Source: Cycas panzhihuaensis (Eukaryota; Plantae; Cycadophyta). From it: DNA of 64,000 bases. Position numbers and translations under genes: made by a program. This document shows, piece by piece, positions 11,368 through 23,400 of the stretch; the stretch's first letter is position 1; each line of letters begins with the position of its first letter. Below the pieces are notes generated by a model. That model was not told where the DNA came from, did no database searches, and saw only the letters and a program-made list of their open reading frames with translations. The DNA lies in NCBI GenBank assembly GCA_023213395.1, contig CM041465.1, positions 245,713,741 to 245,777,740 on the forward strand, written 5' to 3'.

Positions 11368-13849
11368 ATTTTGGAGTCTTTCTTCAGAAATTTTTCTTTG
11401 TGAATGGTAGTCTTTGGAATCCATGATGGTTTGACTTGATCACAGGCATTGATACCATTTGATGTGAAATTATGAGTGCACAAAGACTCATAGAACGTCA
11501 CCCTTAAAATTGAGATTGTTGAAGAGGTGATGAAATGAATTTTCTTCTATTATCTCGTAAACCTAGCTTACATTGTGAATTCACACTCTGATGATTATTA
11601 CAATGAAGGTGCTTCTCATTTATATTGAGGGCTCGCTAACCACTTTAAAAAACTACCTACTAATTTTCCAACTAAATGACTTAATTAATTTTAGTAACTA
11701 ACTCTTAACTTTCTAACTAACTAACTGAGTAATTAATTGACTAACTTTCTAACTTAAATGTACTTTACATAAAGGTACAATAATATACACATAATGTTAC
11801 ATAATGTCAATATGGGTGATTGATAGTCATCAACCCAATGCCTTGTAAAAGTCATATTATTGGGATCCCATTAAGATACCTAGAAAACCACATATGGATC
11901 CAAATATTGATCGTAATAAGAGTTTTAAAGATATCTTAGATACATTTATAGATGAGGTATATAACAAGCACAGAATGAAATTAGATTATTTCTAGAAGTC
12001 AATACCCTTCCATGATGCCTTCTCTATGGCATTAGAGCAAAGGGAAAATGAATGATTCGATATGGAACAAGTGCCAACAAATATACAAGTACATGCATGA
12101 AAGATAGAATCACCCAAAGGTAGTGTTTCAATACAAGAAAGTAATATAGATGTATAAAATTATTGACAGGAAATAGAGATAGATCATGAAGTCATACATA
12201 AGTTATCAATTATGCCTCAGAGACATGATTGATGCATGCCCACTAGGCCGAGTGTGCTCCTTTCACGATAGGGCGAAGAAACCAATCTTTCTATTCGTCA
12301 AAAGAGAGGGATGAGCCACCGCTCCTGATAGTGCCATGAGAGATAAGCACTATTGGGCACAATGCATAGACAATGGCTAGGTGCTGTCTATGCACTACTC
12401 CACAACCACCCTATAACAAGAAGGGCCATCCACTTTACATGTCACTACATACTCCACTATTCTAGTAAGAAGGGTCACTATTAAGAGGGCACTTTAATTG
12501 GATCTCTACTTTGGAATTCAAGAATGCTATAGCAACATCGAGCTCAAAAAAGAAAGAGAACACTATGAATACAGAATGCTATAACAACATTGAGCTAAAA
12601 AAATAAAGATAACACTATGAAGAAAAGAATATTGAGCCATTGCAACAAGGGGTACTATTCGAGAGGGGGGCATAGGGCGCATTGGTGATTTCAGGGCACC
12701 TTTTGAGTCTTTTGGGGACAAGCTATTGAAGAAAAAAGAACTAAAAAAAAAACCTTCAAGCTAAAAAAAAAAAGAGAGAACACTATGCATTATTCTTTGG
12801 TTCGTCAGAGCTGGTCGAAGGTCTACTGCCAAGGCCAACAAGTGTGCTTGTCATGAGTAATAGGAATGCAGAGCTTTTAGATATCTAGTTGGATCGATTT
12901 GGTTTGGTACCTGCTTGAATAGGCATTGAGGTCAACATGAATGCAAGTCAGTCCATAGGCTACAACCTTCAATAGTGCCATCTATCTTTTTTTTTCCAAT
13001 AGGGGCAAGATCTAAGAATAAAGATTGTCAATGAGATCTCTATATTGGAAGCCTGGGGAAAGGATCCATTAAATGAATGGGAAGGGATTCATTTGGAGGG
13101 AGGTAGGGGTCTCCCTAGTCTACAACGAATCTTTCATTGTTATTATTTCCCAATCTGCTCTTTTATCCATTCAATGACTAGGATTCAGTGACTTGGAAAG
13201 GATTCATTGTAATGTGGGTAAGGTTCTACTCAATGCGCAACAGATCTTTCATTGTCTCCCAATTCACTATTTCATTTGGAGCCAAAGCACATGAATATGA
13301 TACGAATAAACAAGCAAATTCAATTAGAGTCCAAAGTATGTATTCTTGGACAATAAGGTATATTGATATATTGAAAGAAATGTGGAACTTGAAATATGTC
13401 ACGAAAAAGTGGAGGAAATAAGAGAAAAACTGTACTCAACATGTGCTATTGTTAATATTGTTTTGACTGATGTTCAGCTTTGTCTGTACTATTTCAGGAT
13501 GGCATTCCTAAAGGTGCTTCCTACCATTTGTTAAGCATTCTACTAGTGACATTCTGGTGGCATTCCACTTGCATTTTGACTATGTTGCTCTGATGGGTAC
13601 CATTTTGCTACTATTTGACTAGCAAGTTGTCTTCCTCTGAATTGTTCCTGAAGTGCCCTTCTATTGGTGGCATTTCTAAATCACTCCTTGACAACATTTC
13701 GCATCTATAAGGCCATTCTAGTAGTGCAAAAGTTTAATGTGCAAATTAGAAATGTAGTCTGAGGGTTGAGTCTTCTCTGTACTACTTTGAAATGGACTAT
13801 GTTGGAGTTGTTAAAGCTTGTTATTGTTTGGGACTTAGTTGCAAAACAT

Positions 13850-15979
13850 AGATGAATGCACCCAAACACATCCCAAAGGAGATGGGAATAGGGAAGAACT
13901 CAAAAATAGAGGAAAACACTTATTCTATTCAAGTTCAGAAACGAGTGTATGGGAATGTACATCAAAGTGTGTCGTGCCTCTTTTAGGGATACAAATGCAT
14001 CGTCATTAGTGAGAGTTAGATGGGTGTAGTTACATGCACCCACTTCTAAACTAAAAATTAGTTATAAAATTGGCAAGCAACTAATAATTACATCTTACTA
14101 AAACTAATTTATGTTAACTCACTATTCCTAAATTGGAGTCACTTTAGAGCTTAAGCGAACACAACACCCAAAAAGGCTAGAAGTACATTTGAATGAGCGA
14201 ATAATTCATCAACTGAGCACATCAATTTGTTCCTGGCTAGGAGACAATTGTCCCCAATCTTGATGTACGTATGGGATGTAGGGAACTCCTATCAACTTGG
14301 TAGGAAACTATCCCCAAGTTGCCTAGAAGAATTGTAGACTCATAGTCCATTGTGGTTGGAATTGGTGCAACCATCTAATAACGAGTTGATGGTGTAGCTG
14401 TTGTCCCTTTCCTACCATGGGCCAATGCTACTAATATTGCCAATGGATGGGCAACCGTGGAGTCTATTTCTAAGATCCTACCTGAGAGGAAGGCAATTGT
14501 GCCTATAGTTGAGGTGGTGCATCTGCAATGCCTAGTGGCATAAGCAATAGAATATGTACCATTTGCCTTGAGGGGGTTGTAGTTTGTTGTTGAAGTAAAC
14601 GTTTCTCTTGTTGGTGTGATTGCACTTCTCAGATTGTTTGAAGAATTGGAACTATAATGTGTAGAGGTGCAATGAAAGCATGGTCTCTAATGGTAGTGCA
14701 GTTGCTTGTAGGCCTAGTAGGGGCCTTGAAATTGGAGGGCTCTGATACTAAATCTGTGGGGAATGTGAAGAAGATTAAGGATGATGATGTTGTTGAATTG
14801 GCTGAAGAATAAAAAATGAAGGCTATGGAAGTTTGCAAGATAGTTGGTATGGCTATGGATTTACGCTGGAATGTCTTGTGTTCTTTGCACAAGAAGCACA
14901 TGTTTTTATAACTACCATACTGTGCACGTGTGTCATATTGATAGGGTTGCTTAACAATAGACAACCATAGTCCATGGGTGACATTGCAAGCTACTGTATC
15001 AAGGATTGGGTTCATTGCCAACATGACATGGTACATCCTATATGCTCTTGTTTGGTGACCATTGTTTTGTACCCGTCCAAGGTTGTAGGTAGCTAAATGT
15101 GGCTTCGTTGCAATATGTAGAGAAGAAACTAGTCCATTAGAGAGTAGTTTCTTCATGTTCCCAACGTCCATATTGGAAATCACTAATCAGTTCTTCTTCC
15201 AGCAATTCTATGTGAATAGAGCTTCTTAGTCCGAGACCAAATAGTAGTTAGCCATTGGAACTAGTCATGGGTCAAGTTGTCTCTGGTTGGTCATTAGAAT
15301 AACTCGCTCCTTTTCTTCTTGTGTCTTCTTTCTTATTTGTGACCAAGGTTGAGGCTTGCCCTTTCTACTTTAGGCATTAATCATTAGAATGACCATAGGG
15401 CTTGTGATAGTCACAATATTTCTATGGTCCTCCCCCCTTATTGACGGGGAATCATGATTTGTAGCATAAGAAGAAGCTACAACACATTGATATTAGGGTC
15501 TACCCATGAGGTCTCCTTGCAAATGACCCTTTCTCTTGATAGAAAGGAGGTTTGTTTTTGTCAAAATTGCTATTGTTGTGGCTTAGGAGGGCATTGCTTT
15601 TGCATATAATCGTCTATCTTGATTGCAAATTGAAAAGCCCGATCTAAAGAAATGATTGTAAATAGTTGCAATTTTTGTTGCAAATGTGGAAACAAGGCTC
15701 AAAATTTTCAACTTAGGCACATCATTAGTATCTATTACGTCAAGCATGGTGGATAACTTATGGAAATCATTAATGCATTATTGCACAGAGTGACCAAATT
15801 GTTGGTGAGGATGTAGCCACTTTTTTAGTTGGCCATCCTTGTAACCAAGTGGGTAAAATCTCTTTGTAAATGTTTTCTTAAAGTTTGTCCACTAGGTAAT
15901 AATCTGTTGTCGATTTGTGGGTAGGTTCCTTGTATGTGTTTGCCACCAAATTAGTGCTTTATTTGTCATGGATTTCAAT
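13850..15979 (-). mobile_element. CRM-like gypsy remnant: gag (WWQ motif, CCHC) plus protease, no RT, 3' LTR ~13850-14225
   Basis: Minus strand MTNKALIWWQ..FTKRFYPLGY; knuckle CDYHKPYGH ~15385-15415; protease-like LVSSLHIATKPH..YNLG..DTVACNV (14629-15183); TTGGGGAC.. motif, then TGATG LTR start at ~14225. Confidence 0.7.
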
Positions 15980-17150
15980 TATTGAGATTTTGTTTCATTA
16001 GTGAGTGTTTGGCATGCATAAATTTAGAGTTGATCAAAGAGTAAACACTCAACACACTTGAAATAATATCACTTGTATTAAATATTGATGAAGCAAATAA
16101 TATCACTTGTATTAAATATTGATGAAGCAGCATAGAACATATATACAAAAGAATGACAAGCATGTATAACAAGTGTATGACATGTAGGGCTTGCCAAAAT
16201 GAGGCCTATGGTACAAATAGAAAGAGTCGTATGGTATAAGAATAAAAAGTAGGAAGAACATAATGATGCATTATGTTTAAGATCCCCTCTAAATGATTAT
16301 TCTATTTTTTTGTGCTCCTATTTGCGTTGTAAATAATCCAAACTTACATTTACCTTGAGGTTTGGTAAAGATGTCAACATATTGTACTTCACTAGGGCAA
16401 TAGACTAATTTCATCTCTATGTTTTGAATTTTCTTCCTAATAAAATGATGATGAACCTCAATATGTTTGGTTCAAGCATGGAAGATAGGAGTCCTTGCTT
16501 GCTTAATTACACTTTGGTCGTCACAATAAATTATTGTGGGATAAGATTGGGTTTGTCCTAAATCTTCTAATATCCTTCTCAACTAGATGGATTCACAGAT
16601 GGCTTCCACAATTGCTTTGTACTTTGCTTCTGTTGAGGATAGAGCAACTGAAGGTTATTTCATGCTATTCTAAGAGATTATTCTTGAACCAAGATTGAAA
16701 TAGTAACCTGAAATTAGCTTTTTGCTATTGTTTTTATCTGCTCAGTTTGAATTGTTTTAATCAATAAATTTGAAATTTAGTTTTTGAGTGTATTGTAGAC
16801 CAAAGTCTAAGGTTCACTACACATACCTCAATACCCTTTTGTTGCTTTTCAATGTGCTTCCTTGGTACTGTCCATAAACCTTGATATCATTCCTTTTAAT
16901 GTTTGAGTGAGTAGAAGTGAGATAGATTAGGATGCCCATTAGTATCCTTTATAGGGTTTCATCTATTGTTGGACCGTGATCTTTTGCTGTTAATTTGCAT
17001 ATGGTCTCGATGGGAGTTGGGCCTAGTATGTAGTTATCCACGTTGAACTTGAGTAATAGTTCTTTGGCATATTTAGTTTGAGCCAAGAATATTCTTCCCT
17101 CTTCTTGGGTTACTCCCACTTCAAGGTAATAGTGAAGAGGTTCCAAGTCC
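15980..17150 (-). mobile_element. Ty1/copia 3' fragment (RT C-term, RNaseH, PPT, 3' LTR ~15980-16280) inserted into the CRM-like gag
   Basis: DLEPLHYYLEVGVTQ..QTKYAKELL; RNaseH remnants 16340-16800; PPT TTAGAGGGGA at ~16282-16292; 34-bp tandem duplication 16061-16128 inside the LTR. Confidence 0.8.
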
Positions 17151-20100
17151 ATTAATACTATTATACCAGCTGCAATAGTTGGAACACTCATGAGAGTTCC
17201 TATTGGTCTTACCCGTAATTGATTAAGTAATCTTATAGAATAATTTGGGGCAACTGCTTCGGGCCTTCCCAGGGATATCCAAGAAGATTTTGGTAAAACA
17301 TTAATTCTTGAGCCTCCATCCATAATTGTCTTGCATAGCATTGTCCCCAAGATAACCATTGGAACTCTTGGATCCACTCCATTATCGTTTATGGCTCTTA
17401 GTATAGGTTTTCCAATTTGCTCCAATATAATTTGTTGGAAATGACCAACTTTTCATCGTTTGAAGATTGCCAAAATGGGAATGGAAACTCCTAATTTTGT
17501 TAATGTATCTTTTACTGATTGAAGTCTCTGCCATGGATTCATACCTTCTTTTCCCTATGCAGCCTCTAAAGAAACCACCCTTCTTTTATACATTTGTCCT
17601 TTGAATCTTTACTCTTGCTGGACTTCACGCATTGCTTCTTGTAAAATCTTTACAACTTCCTACAGTCTTCATTTTTCCATTGAGGGATTTAGAAAATTAT
17701 CTTGGATTAGTGTTGTCATTGTCTTTCCATTTCGGGTTTGGAGATATGCTGGTATCTCATCATCTGGTACTTCATGACCAAATTGGCTATCTATATTTTT
17801 ACATTCTTTGGGCAATTTGCCTCTTCATGGTCAGTAGGCCTGCATTCCTCTCAGATGAATTCTCCACCCTTATTTTGTAATGGGCATTTTGACTTTTAAT
17901 GCCCTCGTCTTAGACATAGGAAGCAACAAATTGGTTTCCGTGTTTCCTAGACCTGGTTTGAAGAAACATTTCCATGTATTGTGGTTTGTTCTCTTACGAT
18001 TGTCACACCATTTTGTTACTCCTATGTGTTCATTCTGCAAATGGCCTTGTTGATTACAAGGCGTTGGACACCATACGTTTGTCCTAGGTTTTTCCAAGCT
18101 CAAATGAACCAACTCTATATGCAGCATTTCAATCTCTTGATTAGGTTGCATACTTATAGGAACAGATATTGGAGGCTACTGTTACAAAACTTTGACCTCC
18201 TTCCTTAATACCTCAATTTCTAGATTTTCCCCATCTGTGAAGTTTGCATTATTGTTGTTCCATTCGTCATTGAAGATTGCCAATTTGTATTTGCGTGTGG
18301 CATTTGAGAGAAAGTTGATCCCATTTGGAATGCTGGATATGTTGGTGATGGGAAGTATGCCGACTTCATATGATTCTCAAACTTCAAGGTCAATTCTCGG
18401 ACTTGCTCATAATTATGTTTAGGATGGAGCATAACTTTATCACTTAATTGCAGTATTATTCCTTGCACAAAATATTTCATTGCTAGCATAGGATTAATCG
18501 TTGATGCCATGTCCATCTTATTCATAATAGTTCACATTCTTTCATTAAAATCATTTACAGATTCTTCAGTGAATTGCCGTATTTCCTCCAAAGCTTGGAG
18601 GATTGCCATTGGGTCTCTTAGATTCTAAAATCAGTCTAAAAATGCACCTACAATTGGACACAAGATAAATTCTTGGTTGATGCGTACTGGAACCATAAGA
18701 TTGTTGGTCCTCGCAATGTTGAGAAAAATCTGGCTTTGATCTCATTCACATTTGTGATCTTCTTTATTTGCAACATATTACGGAATAACGCCAGATGATC
18801 TCCCAGATTTGTTGATCCATCAAATTGCAAGCTTGTAAAAGTTGCATCGTTTTGCACTATTATCGTGGGTCGTCCTACGCCCATCAAATTTTGACCTCCT
18901 TACCTCATTCCTCCTGGTGGAGGGCCTCTTTGTGGGAGTCCTCCTCCACCATGCGGTGGTGGCGGTTGATTGCCTCTTCCTTCCACATTCATGAACAAAG
19001 ATTGGTTCTGTCTTTGGCTGATTACTCCTCCGTCCCTATTTCTTCTATTAGGAGACATACTCCCCCCTATTTCCTCTATTAGGAGACGTACTCCTTACTT
19101 GCTCTACATTTGTCGAATCAAAAATCTTGTTACTCATTTTAAAAAGAGGATTCAATATGTGGCTAAGGGGGGTTCTAACTTCAATCAAACGATGGTCCTA
19201 TCCTTGATTTGTTGTACTGTACAACTCAAGATCTATGGAATTTGCTTCATTTTCTAATATTATTACTTCCTTGGCTGGGTCTTCTTCAACCACGTCTTCT
19301 TGTGATGAACTTGTCTCAACTAGATCCTCTTCCAATGCACACCGTTGTGCTTCTTCTATCTAGACCACCTGGTTCTTAATGGGACTTATACCAGATTCTG
19401 CGTTGACCCCTTCCTTCTCTTTGTCCTTTGCCCTTGACTTCCTATGTTTTGTCAATTTGATAAGTGGTCGCTTCTTCACCTATTTCCTTGGTGTAATCTA
19501 GAACCTGGGTTTTCACACTTCTATCTGACTTTTGTCCCTTGCCCAACGCCCCCCTCTCTCTTGGTGTGTCTCAGATTTGTTTCGCATTGCAATCCTTGGT
19601 GATTGAAGAGGAACCACTTGTTTACTCGGCTCCGCTCATTATTCTTAGAATTTGTTTTTCCTGGTTCAATTAGGCAATAAAACCAATGTGTGCTACGATC
19701 TGTCTCTATTCCAATATTATCACAACAACCAGATAGAATATGCACAAGCAACACCAGATTGGATGCAAAACATGATATTATTAATAATAGGGAACTATGT
19801 TTGATCCTCTCACAACCAGACGCAGACTTGGACAATACACAAGAGCTACAATTGCAGTGTCACGCCTTAATACAACAAGAGGATCTATCTACAAGTATGT
19901 ACACATAATCGCATACAATAGACACACACACCTACTACCTGACTCTCTCTCTTTCTTTTCTACAAAGAACGATCGATTAATTGCCATTTGTTACATGTAA
20001 AATGGTATGACGGTTCCACAAAATAGATTCAATTGTGAACAAGACGGTCGATTAGGATCACTTGTGCCGAATTACGATCTGGTTGCAAATGTGGCATCAA

Positions 20101-20407
20101 CTGCGATCTGGTTGCAATCGTGGCATCAATTGCGATTTGGTCGTAACTACTGCTCCAACTGTGACCTAGTCGTAACTACTGCACAAACTGTGGCTTGGTC
20201 GTAACTATTGCACAAACTATGGCCTGGTCGCAACTATTGCACAAACTATGGCCTGGTTGCAATTGCTGCTCCAACTGCGACTTGGTTGCAAATGCTGTTC
20301 GAACTGCAAGCTAGTCCTAGCTGTGACATCAATTGCGACTTGGTTCCAACTATGGATGTAACTGTGATCTGGTCGTACTTACCTGCAATTGAATCTTGAC
20401 CCAAAAA
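17151..20407 (-). mobile_element. Ty3/gypsy 5' half: 5' LTR (~19687-20407), gag, protease; truncated by fusion to copia RT
   Basis: Gag FDGSTNLGDHLALF..STLRGPTILWF (18648-18887); knuckle CPTPCNQQGHLQNEH; protease IMDGGSRINVLP (17425-17150); LTR start TTTTGGGTCAA resembles the LTR starts at 9741 and 24870. Confidence 0.8.
20071..20390. repeat. Degenerate 29-bp minisatellite, ~11 copies, inside an LTR
   Basis: Consensus ~ACTGCGACYTGGTYGCAACTAYTGCWCAA repeated at a 29-bp period. Confidence 0.9.
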
Positions 20408-23400
20408 TATGTGCACGCAACTGCACCCACACATAAATAGAAATCCTAGAAAACACAAACTAAATGAGGACTCTACTTTGAAGGACCTTAGTGATCACAA
20501 GGAAAAGACAGAGGAAGGTCTCTTGACGTATTGGAAAAACCATTTGATAATAAGATTGTTTGAAGACCCATCAGACAGGGGATCTGAGAAGTTATTTTTA
20601 ATAGCAACCCCGTTGGCAGTACAAGCGCCGTGAGTTTCAAAGTTAATTCATTTGAAAACACCCTTCCAAAACCCACTATTAAATATACCCCTAAAAAAGG
20701 TAGAAAAGTGGGGAGAAAACTCCATTAAATATACCCCTAAAAAAGGTGGCGGAAGAGGAGATTATAACCTTGGAAGAATAGACTATTCTGCAAGAATCAT
20801 CACCAAAAGGGAAATTATCACCAAAGATGGCAGATAATAGAAAATTTGGGAGATTGGTGTTTGATGACACCTCTGATGCCAGTGAGCATGTATACTTATT
20901 TTAGAAATTGGTAAATTCAAAAAAGTTAATGGACAAAGCCGAAATCAAGGAAAGATCTTCCTATTCATTATAAGAAGTGCCTCTCTCTTGGTATGAGCAA
21001 CTAGACCCAACCAAACGTTGGGGTGACATTAAAAGGGAATTCGATGAGACATTCCAAAAGTTTAGAAGTAATGAGGTAGTGGAACTGGCACTTAGAGAAG
21101 TTAAGCAGAGGCTAGGAAAATCAATATTAACATAGATCGACAGAATTGATATTATAGCAACTGACATGACAAAAGGGGAGAAGATAATGGATTATGATCT
21201 ATGAAATTACTTTGTAAATGGGCTAAATTCAAAATTTAGAGCTGCAATGGCAACCCACCCTCTCAAGTCATACCAACATGAACAAGAATTGGCTCTTGAC
21301 TTTGAGAAATGGATTGATACAAAGAGGGCAGGCCATGATCCTTTACTTCTAAGATTACAAGAAAAGATGCAGGAGGAGTTAAGGAATCAAAACATGAACA
21401 GACCGTACTTCCAGATAATGAAATCAAGAAAAACTTCAGAAGTGGAGAATCTAAGAAAAAAAGTAGCCAAGATAAAGTTACAAGGGCAAAACCCCCAGGA
21501 ATGTGAGGAGGAAAAGGTTCTAAAATATAGAGGGAAGGAGCCCTTCATAGAAAAATGGTTTCCACCAAAGAATGTGACTTAGATAGGAAGAATAATGGAA
21601 TTAAAAAGCAAAAGAAATAGTGCCAAATTTGTGGTAAGGATAATCACAATACAAAGGAGTGTTATTTCAACGCTTGTTGAAAAAGCCAATAAGAAAAAGT
21701 AAGTAGAAGAGGTGGCGAGTCTATCAAATACATTTATGCCACTCAAATAACACTAGGGACCTCACCAAAGCAGTTGTTAAAACGTTGCTTATGCTATTTG
21801 GAATATGCCCATTGGCAGTCTGAATGCTCGATGGCCAATGCACCTAAAACATGCCCCTTTGTGTCCAAAAATTATGGATCCAACAACCACTCAACAAAAG
21901 ATTGTAAAGGAAAGGTCCTAGTAGGAAGGTGTATGTTTTGTTTGGAGTTCGAGCACTGGAGGAGACAATAGCATCCACAAATGCAAAAATTGTGGACCAT
22001 GTAATCACCTTTTAGAAAGTTGTTTGCTAAGCATGAGATCAAGCAACCTTATGTCAATTGTGCCCGACACACTCAAAGTTGCCAACCTATTAGAAAAGAA
22101 CTACCTCACCTTACCCAAACTAGAGGTGAAGCAAAGATATAAAATGAGGGCATACCCAAAACAAAGTGAGGTCGTTGCAGTAAAGAAGCCAAAAGTAATC
22201 AAGATTGCACGAATCGATTCAGCTAATTTATTCAATAACATTCCTTGGGAAGACATTCCACAAACATTGAGACTTTTAGAGAATTTATCAAAGAAGCTAA
22301 AGTTAACCATTCTATTGTCACAAGTTATCCAATGGGTAAAAATCAAAGTATTTCAAGATCAAAAGTCTCAAGGAACATGTAAGGTTGTAGAAGAAACAAT
22401 GGTAATAAACAAGCCATATGAGAATTATCCTTGATAAAAATCATAGTATGGAGTTTGAAGATATGGATAGTTATAAAAACTCAAATGAGCATGTTATGAG
22501 GGTGACAATGATGTATATCCAAGCACGATTAGTAATGAGGATCTTTATGCTAGTTTGGATGAAGTGGATTGCAAACATGAATATTTTGATGTTAATGACA
22601 ACTTCAGGAAAAATCATAAAGAAAATGGGATGCATGAGACCCATAGTTCAACAAGTCATAGTGGAAATGGGGAAGATCGATCGAGAGACAAAAAGATAAA
22701 ACTAACAAAGAAGACCACGTAGAGAAAAAGGCAGTGAAAGGTAGGGCATGGCTGTTGGGCCACGACATTGTATTTAAAAAAGAGTGATCAAGTATGGCAA
22801 TTTTCCAACAAATCCCAAATGCACTAGGGAGAATCAAGGATGTAACAGAAAGGCCTATATGGGATCGAAAAGGTGTACTAGAATGGCATTGTCTAATTGA
22901 GGAAACTCGCAGGCCAATTATGCCTGAAATGTTCAAAGGCAATAAACTCAAACCCTACCACAATTAGGGTAGAGCAAATTTCTTGGAGGAGTCGACCGAG
23001 TGCAACATAATGTGCTGCTTGAAGTTGGGGACAATTGAGGTTATCTTGGTACTAGGAGTTCGATTCCATCTTAATACACAAATACAAAAGAAAAAAAAAA
23101 CTGACAAAAGAATCGTAACTCAAAATATCATACATTTGAGTGAGATCATGGACAAAAACATATGGCAAAATGTTGATGAAAGAAAAAAAAAATATTAGTG
23201 AAAAAAAAAACTTAGTAAAAAGAAGCCAAAAATAACCATTTTTAAGTCACTATTCCCTAGAAATACACTATGCGGTCCATAAATGGAATGAGAATAGGAA
23301 TGCACTGATTATAAGGCCGCATAGTGAACTTTTTCATTATGCGTTTTACTTGCGTCCTAACGAAGGAATGTACGAAAAAACCCACAGATTTAAAAGTGAA

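Larger units (their letters stand above)
10533..11832 (-). mobile_element. Truncated LTR retrotransposon 5' end with TGATG..CATCA termini (CRM-like): LTR 11460-11832, tRNA-Met-type PBS, decayed gag start
   Basis: The minus strand reads ..CACATCA-AA-TGGTATCAATGC; LTR bounded by TGATG (11460) and CATCA (11832); truncated at the gypsy LTR end (10530). Confidence 0.6.

Noticed and set aside
20071-20390. CRISPR-like array
   Set aside because: The units are contiguous degenerate tandem repeats without unique spacers; the context is eukaryotic and there are no cas genes.
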